This document shows positions 28,591-37,794 of a stretch of 64,000 bases of DNA, piece after piece. A model generated the notes under the pieces. That model made no database searches. It was not told the origin of the DNA and saw only the letters and a program-made list of their open reading frames with translations. Source of the DNA: Planctomycetota bacterium (GTDB lineage: Bacteria; Planctomycetota; Phycisphaerae; UBA1845); contig JAJRPG010000022.1 in the NCBI GenBank assembly GCA_024280855.1, forward strand, positions 11,010 through 75,009. The letters run 5' to 3'. The translations under genes and the position numbers were made by a program. Numbering within the stretch: the stretch's first letter is position 1; each line of letters begins with the position of its first letter.

Positions 28591-29775
28591 TTACCGGGAC
28601 AGCAATCGTCCAAGAAAGCTTTTCTTTTCCGCAGTCTCGGTACCAACATCCTGTCCGCCGCTGACGACGAACCTCGCCAGTGATGCGATCGCTAAGCCGA
28701 CCGGGTTGTTTCGGTCTGTCGTGGCGCCGGGTTGACCGAAGTCGAGAGCCTTAGCCATGAATTGGAAATCGTTGGGGATAACAGCTACCACAGGGCGCTT
28801 GATCGTCTCTTCCAGGTCTTCCTTGCTTACGCGCCCGGTGTTGGTGTCTCCACGGTTGAGTACGATATGGATCCGCTCTTCTGGAATGCCATGAGCTATA
28901 ACTGCATCCAAATATCGACGAGCATTTCGAATACTAGGCACAAGCAACTGACATACGATTAACACACAATCAGCTTGCTCAAGCGCTGCGAATTCATGAC
29001 CGCTTAGCTTTCGCGGCAGGTCAATGACCACATTCTCATAAATGGATGACAGAATATCTATTGTGTGATGAATGTTTTGTGGTGTGACCGAATCCGCTTG
29101 ATCGACTGCATACGGACGGGCTAAGACCAATACATTTTCAGCGGCTTCGGTTAGTACGGACTCAAGCACTGTCTTATCAATGTTGTCCGTCGAGGACGCA
29201 ATGTCATAGAGTGTATATTTAGCCTCTGAGTCAAAATTAGCTGCAACGTCGCCGAATTGTAAATCAAGGTCTACGATTGCGCATGGATGCTGCGAAGAAA
29301 GACCGATCTCTAATGCCAGATTACTTGCGATGGACGTGGCACCAACTCCACCACTAGCCCCAACGACACAAGTGCGACGACTCTTACCTTGTGTAAGTAA
29401 TCGCTTACTCGCAACCCGACTGACAGCACGGGCGAGGTCTTCCGGGTCTATAGGTGTGCATACAAATTGATCGCACCCGGCTCGCATCGGCGCAAGTATC
29501 GCCTCTGGACTTGTCTGAGCGCTCAACGCGATGAGCGCGACCTCAGGAAACCGTGAAGCATACTGCTCAATAACTTCAATAACGTTCTGAGGCTCCGGGT
29601 CCAGATTAAAGAATACAAGCTCCAGCTTCGCCTCACTGGTCAGGGCTAATAACTCGCTCTCAGTATCAACATGGCCAACAAACCGAACGAAATTCAGATT
29701 GCAGATTTGGTTATGGAGTTCTTCCAAAGAGCCGGTATCAGCATTGTAAAGACCTACCTGGATGACTTCGCTCAT
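28591..29775 (-). CDS. CpaE/TadZ-like protein: atypical receiver domain + MinD/ParA-type ATPase
   Basis: N-terminal receiver-like fold (...LVFFNLDPEP...). Deviant Walker A VVGASGGVGATSIASNLA. Later IVLNRGD. The ORF is open to 29787. Confidence 0.7.
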   Translation of the reverse strand: MSEVIQVGLYNADTGSLEELHNQICNLNFVRFVGHVDTESELLALTSEAKLELVFFNLDPEPQNVIEVIEQYASRFPEVALIALSAQTSPEAILAPMRAGCDQFVCTPIDPEDLARAVSRVASKRLLTQGKSRRTCVVGASGGVGATSIASNLALEIGLSSQHPCAIVDLDLQFGDVAANFDSEAKYTLYDIASSTDNIDKTVLESVLTEAAENVLVLARPYAVDQADSVTPQNIHHTIDILSSIYENVVIDLPRKLSGHEFAALEQADCVLIVCQLLVPSIRNARRYLDAVIAHGIPEERIHIVLNRGDTNTGRVSKEDLEETIKRPVVAVIPNDFQFMAKALDFGQPGATTDRNNPVGLAIASLARFVVSGGQDVGTETAEKKSFLGRLLSR

Positions 29776-30044
29776 ATCACATCTCACTAGCTATAGTAAC
29801 CCACTAGAGCGCTCTACGAGCGCATGACTTCCCCACCACCGTAAACGAACGGTTCTGTTGGTATCTATGTATCGACATTTTCGTGGATCAAGTTTGTAAG
29901 AAGCGGGGGCTGACACTTGTCGAAAACGCGCCATACCTCACGGCAGGTCTCTTTGCGTCCGATATTTACGCATTGTCGACCTCCAGTGATCCGGGTAAGC
30001 CGTTGCTACGTCACCCTGTTCACGATTAGTAAATATTGTCACTT

Positions 30045-30191
30045 ATGATGACTAGCCAAACATTTAGTAAATCCCGAAAGGCACATGGCTTACTCGCGGT
30101 TTGCCTGATTAGCTTCATGGTTTACATGGCGAACTCCCAAACCATTCGCGCGTTCATCGAAGAAGCTTCTCGCCTCGCTAGCAAGTTGTAG
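30045..30191 (+). CDS. Small (48-aa) membrane protein, below the 60-aa ORF-track cutoff
   Basis: Hand-translated: MMTSQTFSKSRKAHGLLAVCLISFMVYMANSQTIRAFIEEASRLASKL. One TM helix. The TAG ends 1 nt before the ATG of the next gene. Confidence 0.4.
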   Translation: MMTSQTFSKSRKAHGLLAVCLISFMVYMANSQTIRAFIEEASRLASKL

Positions 30192-30192
30192 C

Positions 30193-32160
30193 ATGATCAT
30201 GAATCTTACCGCACTCATTTGCTTACTTATTGTGGCTGCTTGTGCGATCCATTTATGGCGGCTAGGCATTCACTTATGCGCGGGGCTTGGCGTTTCCCAA
30301 AAATGTTCACGCGGGCTTATTGCATTGCTAATCCCCAAGGTGGCGCTGGTATTAGCCGTTCATATTCCGGCGTTCGTATCCTTATTTACAAACATCAAAG
30401 CCGTTACTCCAATTTTCATCGCCTGCACTTATGTACTAATTACTTCTTTCATAACTTTAATTCTACAGAGAAATTCGCTCTCGTATCCGCCACCGACACT
30501 ACACCGTAACGACTACCGTTCGCGTTTTCGCAACCTGATTTTAAGCGATGGATTGTGGCTGCCGGTGCTTATAGTCACCGCAACTTTTGCAGTATTCGCC
30601 ATTGACGCATTAACACGATACCCCACCGGCTACGATGGTTTACATTATCATCTCCCCGCTGCGGCACGATGGCTACAAACCGGAGCGATTGACCTGACCT
30701 TCAACCATATCCTTCATTGCTACCCGGACAATGCCATGTTCGCCCCCATGCTCTTACTAGCGGCTGGCTTGGAACGTGTCGTGTCGGGAATTTTCTTACC
30801 TCAAGCAGCTATCATAGCAGCGCTGGGATATGCCATACCTCGGGCACTAAAGTGTGGCGTACGCGCTTCTATTTTGGTAGCTACCATTTCTGCAGGTCTG
30901 CCAATCGTAATATTTCAAAGCGCATCTTCATACATCGACCTATACGCAGCAACCACTTGGCTGACGGGCATCTTGGCTATCATCTGGGCAACGAGAGTTT
31001 CAACGTCGCGTCAACAAAACAGCCTTATATTCCTGGCAGGGACAGCCGCAGGCTTAGCTATTGGTTCCAAAACCACCTACCTCGCGTTATCCCCCCTGCT
31101 TGGCCTGATTGCATTGTGCGTCAATTGGGTTCGCACGGGAAAATTCGACTGGTTTTCGCGTAAGACTTTTATCTACGCATCTGCCTTTGCTTTACCCATG
31201 CTTGCTTGTGCAGGTTTTTGGTTTGCCCGCGGCACGGTCCAGGCTGGAAATCCCATCTACCCGCTGACCTTTGAAGTCGGCGGCGAAAAAATTCTTCCCG
31301 GATTCGTGGCTAAGGACTGGTATCCCAAAAGATCATTCAATGACAAGGTGCGGCACTGGTGGAATTATCCCTGGCACGAAGCCAAACGGGCCGGCGGCGG
31401 ATATCCATTAAGCGTAAACAATGGGTTGGGGGCTGCGTTTGCAACGTTTATTCCGCCTGCGTTTATACTCGCCCTGCTTTCAATCGTAAGCCTAAAGCTA
31501 CAAACACCTTCACAAAGATGGCAGTTTTTACTGGTCGCCTTGTCGGCTATAGGTGCGGTATTACTGCTAACCGCCTTCCAGGAAATGCTACGATTTGTGC
31601 TGCCTTTTGTGATAATATCCGTCGCCATGTCCGCCGTTATGCTGCGCCATTTGATACGAACCACGCCACGAATTTGTATCGCTCTATTATCATTAGCTTT
31701 ACTGGTAAACGCCGCAACGACAACCATCCAACCCGCTGGGGCGCTGGCCTCTCGCATAAAAGATAATCGTTGGGACCGCTCGTATTTGTACGCGATGCCT
31801 TCATTAGTAGATCAGTTTTCCGAAGGCACGCGGATTCTCAATTTAGCGAAGCCTGATTCAACATACGCTTTGTTAGGTGCATCACTCACTAACGATGTCA
31901 TGACTCACGACCAGTGGTACACGATCTACTTAGATGGCGAAGTCACGGCCAATCGCCTGCGAGAACAATCCATCGACTATATTTTTATAGGCCGAGGTGA
32001 ACCAATGCCTTCGTCATGGATCGACAAAATTCCGACCGTCGTGGTATACGACTCTCAAAATGATGCATCGTTTGCCTCTGTTTATCCGTGCCGTATATAT
32101 CAAATTGTGCCAAACGTAACGATAGCCCAATCGTCCCCGGCTAACGACAACCTTCGATGA
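30193..32160 (+). CDS. Polytopic membrane protein, probable GT-C-fold glycosyltransferase
   Basis: 655 aa with more than 10 TM helices over about 480 residues, then a soluble C-terminal domain. Architecture resembles ArnT/PMT-type enzymes; no diagnostic motif confirmed. Confidence 0.5.
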   Translation: MIMNLTALICLLIVAACAIHLWRLGIHLCAGLGVSQKCSRGLIALLIPKVALVLAVHIPAFVSLFTNIKAVTPIFIACTYVLITSFITLILQRNSLSYPPPTLHRNDYRSRFRNLILSDGLWLPVLIVTATFAVFAIDALTRYPTGYDGLHYHLPAAARWLQTGAIDLTFNHILHCYPDNAMFAPMLLLAAGLERVVSGIFLPQAAIIAALGYAIPRALKCGVRASILVATISAGLPIVIFQSASSYIDLYAATTWLTGILAIIWATRVSTSRQQNSLIFLAGTAAGLAIGSKTTYLALSPLLGLIALCVNWVRTGKFDWFSRKTFIYASAFALPMLACAGFWFARGTVQAGNPIYPLTFEVGGEKILPGFVAKDWYPKRSFNDKVRHWWNYPWHEAKRAGGGYPLSVNNGLGAAFATFIPPAFILALLSIVSLKLQTPSQRWQFLLVALSAIGAVLLLTAFQEMLRFVLPFVIISVAMSAVMLRHLIRTTPRICIALLSLALLVNAATTTIQPAGALASRIKDNRWDRSYLYAMPSLVDQFSEGTRILNLAKPDSTYALLGASLTNDVMTHDQWYTIYLDGEVTANRLREQSIDYIFIGRGEPMPSSWIDKIPTVVVYDSQNDASFASVYPCRIYQIVPNVTIAQSSPANDNLR

Positions 32161-32169
32161 GAATACAAA

Positions 32170-33957
32170 ATGAGCGAAACCCTAACAACACCAAACACCC
32201 CTTTGCTTAACACGTCGCGTCCCGGACGCTGGCATTACTTGCTTGTATTTGTGATCCTATTATCCGCAGCTTGGCTACGATTTGATAACATCACGACCGT
32301 GGGTGTTCGTTATGAAGACGACGCCTGGTATGTTAGCGACGCACAACTTTGGCATCGCTGCGCCAAGGTTCTTATGGACGGCCCCGCCTGGAGCGCACTA
32401 TTAAATCACGACAAAGCAGCGTACCAACAAAGAATGGACGACATTGGCATTGATTTCTCCTGGCATTATCGCAAGCCATCACAGGGCTACACGATGTCAG
32501 CGGCGGCAGTCATGTTCCTCGTCGGTGACGGGCCAAACGCATTGCTACTGCTAAACGCTTTCCTGGGTACGCTCACAGTCTTACTTGTATATGGCCTATG
32601 TCGCACATTATTTAGTCCGCGCATCGCCTTGCTCGCAAGCCTGTTACTAGCTGTCTCGCCCTACCATCTCAACTATTGTCGATCCGCGCTATCACATACG
32701 TCGGCTGGGTACTTCGCGCTGTTGGGCATGTATTGTTGGGCACTAGGCAAAAGCCGTTTATGGTCAACGCGCAGAACATTCCTCCTGTCAGGTCTCGCCT
32801 GTGGTTTCGCAACGACATGCCACTATAGCGTCGCCTACTTTGCCGGCATACCACTGCTGATGGAACTCATAGCTCCGAACCGCCGAACGGACTCGTTGAC
32901 GACAACAAAACGAATAGACTATCGCCATTGGCTTCGGTCTACGGCATGGATGTGCCTGGGCTTTGCCATTCCATTTTTAGCCATCGAATCCGTTTTTACT
33001 TCAGCGAGAATAGCCGCGACCATTACCAATAGCTATCTACCTTTATATTCTTTCTCTCACCTTCTTGTCCGCCACGCGCAACTCCTACTCCGTGGGGGCA
33101 CAGTAGGCGGCGATCTCATCCACCTGGATGTAGGCTGGTCTATGATCCAATACTTCACACACTGGCATGGCTGGCTAGCTTTAGTTCTTGCGGCGACAGG
33201 TACAGGCCTAGTCATCCGCAAACGAAACGCATCCAGCATCGTTGCCTGGATAGTTCTCTCATCGTCGGGGGTTCTGATTTTGCAGGCTCATCCTATCGCC
33301 CGCGGGCTAAATAGTTGCTTACCGTTCATCGCCATTTGCGTCGCAGTCGCAGTTGACCAACTAATCAAAATTTGGCCCAAAAAACCAAAGCTAGCCTACG
33401 CCTCTATGACGATGCTCATGTGCGTTGTATTAACGCCCGCCATTGGGCAAAGCATGGAACTGAAAAGCAAACACAGCGGCCTTGCCCAGGCGTGTCAGTA
33501 CATAAACACGGTTCCCGCCGGCAAGGTTGTCATCCCCAGCTTCCGCCGTTACGGCATCCATCTTGAACATTCAACGCATGAAATGGTCCAAGCGGAACTG
33601 TGGACACGCACCCATACCCCCGAACAAACCATCCAACGATGGCTCGACGAAGGTATCAGACTGGTAACAGTCGATCCGCAGTTTTGGCATGAATGTCCTA
33701 GCAATGCAGACCTCACATGGTGGCTTGCGGTAGATGCTTTACTCAAACAGAAATTCGCAATGGCCGCGGAATATACCCATATGGACAACTTTCGATGGGA
33801 GTTCCTTGCCGAGGGTACATGGGGGCAATTCAGGCTAGACCACATGAATAAAGCTGAAGGAGGAACCATACGTATATATGACTTACAAGCAGCCCCTTCG
33901 CCCCAATCCTCACCACAGATGGTCGGGACCAGCCATGCGAAAAAATCGCGTGGATAA
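32170..33957 (+). CDS. GT-C-fold glycosyltransferase (ArnT/PMT_2-like)
   Basis: 595 aa. First periplasmic loop carries the acidic motif VRYEDDAWY. Multi-TM core plus a C-terminal soluble domain. Confidence 0.6.
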   Translation: MSETLTTPNTPLLNTSRPGRWHYLLVFVILLSAAWLRFDNITTVGVRYEDDAWYVSDAQLWHRCAKVLMDGPAWSALLNHDKAAYQQRMDDIGIDFSWHYRKPSQGYTMSAAAVMFLVGDGPNALLLLNAFLGTLTVLLVYGLCRTLFSPRIALLASLLLAVSPYHLNYCRSALSHTSAGYFALLGMYCWALGKSRLWSTRRTFLLSGLACGFATTCHYSVAYFAGIPLLMELIAPNRRTDSLTTTKRIDYRHWLRSTAWMCLGFAIPFLAIESVFTSARIAATITNSYLPLYSFSHLLVRHAQLLLRGGTVGGDLIHLDVGWSMIQYFTHWHGWLALVLAATGTGLVIRKRNASSIVAWIVLSSSGVLILQAHPIARGLNSCLPFIAICVAVAVDQLIKIWPKKPKLAYASMTMLMCVVLTPAIGQSMELKSKHSGLAQACQYINTVPAGKVVIPSFRRYGIHLEHSTHEMVQAELWTRTHTPEQTIQRWLDEGIRLVTVDPQFWHECPSNADLTWWLAVDALLKQKFAMAAEYTHMDNFRWEFLAEGTWGQFRLDHMNKAEGGTIRIYDLQAAPSPQSSPQMVGTSHAKKSRG

Positions 33958-34096
33958 CGAACAACCGAGATACAGTCAGACAAAGTTCGACATGAATTGC
34001 CTTGCCCTGGGAATACATAGTCGCTAAATTGACCTCCACCAGCCATGGCATTGGTACACCGACCGATACGGGAATGCGCGAATATATTATGCAGGC

Positions 34097-35659
34097 ATGA
34101 GACATCACACATTGCAACACTTAATTTCACTTGGCCAACTTATCTTATGTTTGATGCCTTTATGGTTGGCGTCTTGTGCCAGCTACATCCCCTCAGTCAG
34201 CATGGACAGCGGCGTATCGTTGCCCATCCCAAAATCACTGACTTCATTGCCTACTCCCGAGAGACTGACCGGCATTGACAGCGGCCAAACGCTTAACCTC
34301 ACCCCCCGCACGCTCATCCCGATGGCCTTTAACTCCCAGCCTAACATTGCGTCTAGTTTCGCGCGATTTAAGTCTGAGGAGGCTCGCTATGACTTTTTCT
34401 ATACCTCCCGTGATTCGCTTACGCCGCGTTTCCGTGTGTCTAACCAATTCAACGAATCACGCAACGATGTAGATGCAGTTCGCTCAAGAGACCATACGGT
34501 TGAGATTGGCGTTGAGCGCCTGTTTTTTGACACGACCGAATTCAACTTCGCCGCGGGTTATAAAACAAACGAAACTGAAGACGAAATTGGGAACCATCCA
34601 TTCGTATCAGCCGACCTGCGTTATCCCTTCGCCGTCTCTCGTCGCAAACTAGAACGTACCAGCGAAGATATTTTCCGCCGCAACGAATTAGACGACGCAC
34701 AACTTGCATACATTCAAACCGTTCGCAGCCGGCTGCGAAACTCACTGTTCCGTTTTTACGATGTCACGAACTTGGCGCGTCGCGTCAAGAACCAGACAGA
34801 CAGACAGCTTGATTTAGAAAAGCTCCGGGAACAAATCATTACACAAGCAGGCACGAAGGCCAAGGATGACCTCGTTCGCCTTGATGCTGAGTTAGCCACC
34901 GTCACCTCTAACGTCCGCAACACTACCGGACGATATGAAATTCAGTCCGCACGTTTCCAAGCCGCTATTGGTATTCCCTTCAACATACAAGTGAACATGG
35001 TTGACGAGCCATTTAACCCCTTCGAGAATTGCACGCATCAGGAATTACTCCGGACCAGCATCGACACCGACCCGGAAATAGCCACGCTCAATAATTCTCT
35101 CAAGAACGCGGAGGTTCAACTGGACTTAGCCGAGCGAGGTCGATGGGACATGGCCCTGCTGTTAGGCGGCCAATCAGCACTGGAAGGACGAGGTGAGGAC
35201 GAGAGTATTTCCGACTGGTCAGTTTCCGTGGGAATAGACATCAGCGCCGTCGATGCCCGCGTGACGAATAGCCTAATTCGGCAATCAACCGGATTGATAA
35301 ATCGATTCAAGCAGGCTATCGCTGCCCGAGAAAACGAAATTTTCACTGACACGTTGGAGCCGCTAGTGCGCATCGAGACGCTAGGAGCAAGCCGGGACCA
35401 ACTCATGGAGAACTTACCCCGATACCTTCAGGATTACGAAACTGGCGTCATGAACTATTTCGCAGGAAAACTCAACATAGACGACTTGCTAATCAGGAGA
35501 AAGACGCTCGTTGAACAGCAAGACGAAGTATCTCGCCTCATCTTCTTCGTCGGTGCGAACGTGGCTGAATTATGTGCCGCGACAGGCAAGTTTTTTGAAT
35601 TACTCAACGTAAATCACGAGGCCCCGCCGACTCCAACCCCTTCGACTACCACTTCCTAG
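34097..35659 (+). CDS. TolC/OEP-like outer-membrane lipoprotein
   Basis: Canonical lipobox LWLASC. About 480 aa of alternating coiled-coil and beta segments in two repeats, typical of outer-membrane efflux proteins. Pro/Thr-rich tail. Confidence 0.5.
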   Translation: MRHHTLQHLISLGQLILCLMPLWLASCASYIPSVSMDSGVSLPIPKSLTSLPTPERLTGIDSGQTLNLTPRTLIPMAFNSQPNIASSFARFKSEEARYDFFYTSRDSLTPRFRVSNQFNESRNDVDAVRSRDHTVEIGVERLFFDTTEFNFAAGYKTNETEDEIGNHPFVSADLRYPFAVSRRKLERTSEDIFRRNELDDAQLAYIQTVRSRLRNSLFRFYDVTNLARRVKNQTDRQLDLEKLREQIITQAGTKAKDDLVRLDAELATVTSNVRNTTGRYEIQSARFQAAIGIPFNIQVNMVDEPFNPFENCTHQELLRTSIDTDPEIATLNNSLKNAEVQLDLAERGRWDMALLLGGQSALEGRGEDESISDWSVSVGIDISAVDARVTNSLIRQSTGLINRFKQAIAARENEIFTDTLEPLVRIETLGASRDQLMENLPRYLQDYETGVMNYFAGKLNIDDLLIRRKTLVEQQDEVSRLIFFVGANVAELCAATGKFFELLNVNHEAPPTPTPSTTTS

Positions 35660-35717
35660 ATTTTCCACAATCACGCCACCAACCCTCAAAACCTATATAA
35701 AAACAGAAAAAGCCACA

Positions 35718-35751
35718 TATTATCGGACCTAAGCCCCTTCAAATCCTATAG
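35718..35751 (+). promoter_or_regulatory. Bipartite motif ATTATCGGACCTA-N9-AAATCCTATAGG (copy 1)
   Basis: Both half-sites recur in the same order at 47733-47775. Lies 90 nt upstream of the oxidoreductase gene. Confidence 0.4.
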
Positions 35752-35840
35752 GTCGGCTCTTATTGCAGCGCCAGGTGTGGGGTTCCGATATTAGAAGCGT
35801 AGTCTTAAATCGAAAAGCGTAATTAGCGGAGCAAAAACGT

Positions 35841-37004
35841 ATGTCTGCGAATCGTTCAGTTGTAAATGTGGGCGTCATAGGTTGTGGCCATTGGGGTCCA
35901 AATCATGTTCGCGTATTTTCAGAACAAGACCGTTCCCATGTCGTCGCGTGTGCCGACCTGAAATTGGCTCACCTCGATCGCATCAAGCAGCGATTCCCCG
36001 GCGTCCATACCACAAACGATTACAAAGAAATTCTAGCTGACAATAGCATCGACGCGGTCATCATCGCAACGCCTACCAAGACGCACGCAGCTATCGCGCG
36101 AGAAGCCATCTTGGCGGGTAAACATGTTCTGGTTGAAAAACCTCTCTGCCCCAGTGCAGACGAAGCCGAAGCACTGGGCCGATTAGCTGACGCCCACGAA
36201 CGCGTACTCATGGTTGGGCATGTATTTGTGTTTAATGCGGGCATCATCGAACTTCGCAATCGCATCATAGCTAAGGAACTTGGCAAGATTCATTACTTCG
36301 ACGCGGTACGAACCAACCTGGGTCCAATTCGCGGTGATGTGAATGCCCTATACGATCTTGGCACGCACGATATTACCATTTTCAACTACCTCATGAATGA
36401 AGAACCTGTCGCGGTATCTGCGACGGGTAGATGTATAACCCAGGCTGATATTGAAGACGTCTGCTTTGCAACGCTGCATTATGCTGACGGTACGCTGGGC
36501 CACATTCATGTCAGTTGGCTAAACCCGCGCAAGGTAAGAACACTCACCGTGATCGGTGACAACAAGATGGCACATTGGGATGATGTTGACCCTAACGACA
36601 TGCTTCGCTTGTATGACAAGGGCGTCCAAGAGCCTCCTTATTACGATTCTTTCGGCGAATTTAATTACCTACTGCGCAATGCGGATGTCCAATTGCCAGC
36701 CATTCATCGCACCGAACCACTGATTAGCCAAGCTACTGCATTCTTAGATTGGATCACCACCGGACAGCAACAAGGCCCGGGCGCTAAGGAAGGTGCAGCC
36801 GTCGCTCGCGTGCTTGAAGCAGCCACGCTATCCATGGCCAATGGCGGCGCGAAGTGTCCGATTTCGCATACGCCCGGTCGCGTAGGCCCAGTCGTTAGCG
36901 CTCCAATGGATGCAGTCGCCGCAAGAACATGGGTCCGTGGAACTGAAGCAGATACGACGACCTGCACAACAATGCCAGCACCAACGCACTATGTATCAGA
37001 ATAA
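35841..37004 (+). CDS. Gfo/Idh/MocA-family NAD-dependent sugar-nucleotide oxidoreductase (WbpB/GnnA-like)
   Basis: Rossmann motif VGVIGCGHWGPNH, EKP motif VLVEKPL, C-terminal alpha/beta domain. Confidence 0.85.
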   Translation: MSANRSVVNVGVIGCGHWGPNHVRVFSEQDRSHVVACADLKLAHLDRIKQRFPGVHTTNDYKEILADNSIDAVIIATPTKTHAAIAREAILAGKHVLVEKPLCPSADEAEALGRLADAHERVLMVGHVFVFNAGIIELRNRIIAKELGKIHYFDAVRTNLGPIRGDVNALYDLGTHDITIFNYLMNEEPVAVSATGRCITQADIEDVCFATLHYADGTLGHIHVSWLNPRKVRTLTVIGDNKMAHWDDVDPNDMLRLYDKGVQEPPYYDSFGEFNYLLRNADVQLPAIHRTEPLISQATAFLDWITTGQQQGPGAKEGAAVARVLEAATLSMANGGAKCPISHTPGRVGPVVSAPMDAVAARTWVRGTEADTTTCTTMPAPTHYVSE

Positions 37005-37062
37005 AATGATGAGGCAAAGCGCATAAGCGATTGGTAGCTATAACTGGCCAGTATTTAATTTT

Positions 37063-37785
37063 ATGTACAAAAACAAGAAAATTCTTGCAATCGTACCAGC
37101 CTTCAACGAAGAGGCTAAGATCGGTAGCGTAGTCACAAGGTGTGACATCAGCGCGCTCGATACCGTACTCGTTGTAGACGACGCCTCGACAGACACCACC
37201 CCGCAAGTTGCGGCTGACAAAGGCGCGACGGTCATCTCACTACCACGTCGAAACGGTGTAGGCGCAGCTATTCGCCTGGGACTTAAATATGGTAAGGATA
37301 ACGGGTTCGACATCGTCGTTATCCTCGCAGGCAATAATAAAGACAACCCGCAGGAAATACCAAGACTGCTCGACCCCATATGCGATGATGGTTACGACTT
37401 CGTGATCGGTTCACGCCATCTCGCTGGCGGGCGCACCGGCGGCGATATGCCCCTTTATCGAAAATTAGCCACGCGCATCCACCCCTGGCTCATGCAATTT
37501 TTCACGGGTAAACCGATCACTGAAAGCACCAATGGTTTTCGGGCATTCAATCTTTCACTACTGGAAGATTCTCGCATCCGTCTCAACCAACCCTGGCTGG
37601 ACAACTACGGCTTGGAGGTGTACCTGCTTTGGAAGGTGCTAAAACTTAACTACAAACACCTGGAAGTACCGTGTACAAAAGTTTACCCGCCTAAGAGTAT
37701 GGGTTATACAAAGATGAAACCGATCGTAGGCTGGTGGAATATATTACGACCGATCTTCCTACTTGGTTTCGGAATTCGACAATAA
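37063..37785 (+). CDS. Family 2 glycosyltransferase (polyprenyl-phosphate sugar transferase/DPM1-ArnC-like)
   Basis: ILAIVPAFNEE, VVDDASTDTT, a DxD-like region, short hydrophobic C-terminus. Confidence 0.8.
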   Translation: MYKNKKILAIVPAFNEEAKIGSVVTRCDISALDTVLVVDDASTDTTPQVAADKGATVISLPRRNGVGAAIRLGLKYGKDNGFDIVVILAGNNKDNPQEIPRLLDPICDDGYDFVIGSRHLAGGRTGGDMPLYRKLATRIHPWLMQFFTGKPITESTNGFRAFNLSLLEDSRIRLNQPWLDNYGLEVYLLWKVLKLNYKHLEVPCTKVYPPKSMGYTKMKPIVGWWNILRPIFLLGFGIRQ

Positions 37786-37794
37786 GGAATAATC

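Noticed and set aside
33549-34130. 193-aa minus-strand ORF spanning the GT-C/TolC-like junction. Many similar antisense ORFs exist inside larger genes, e.g. 398-616, 1251-1649, 11892-12155, 22429-22758, 45043-45702, 48021-48602, 57146-57706 and 60477-60965.
   Set aside because: They lie opposite long ORFs with clear family motifs. They have skewed Arg/Ser/Cys/His composition and no recognisable domains, so they are shadow ORFs.
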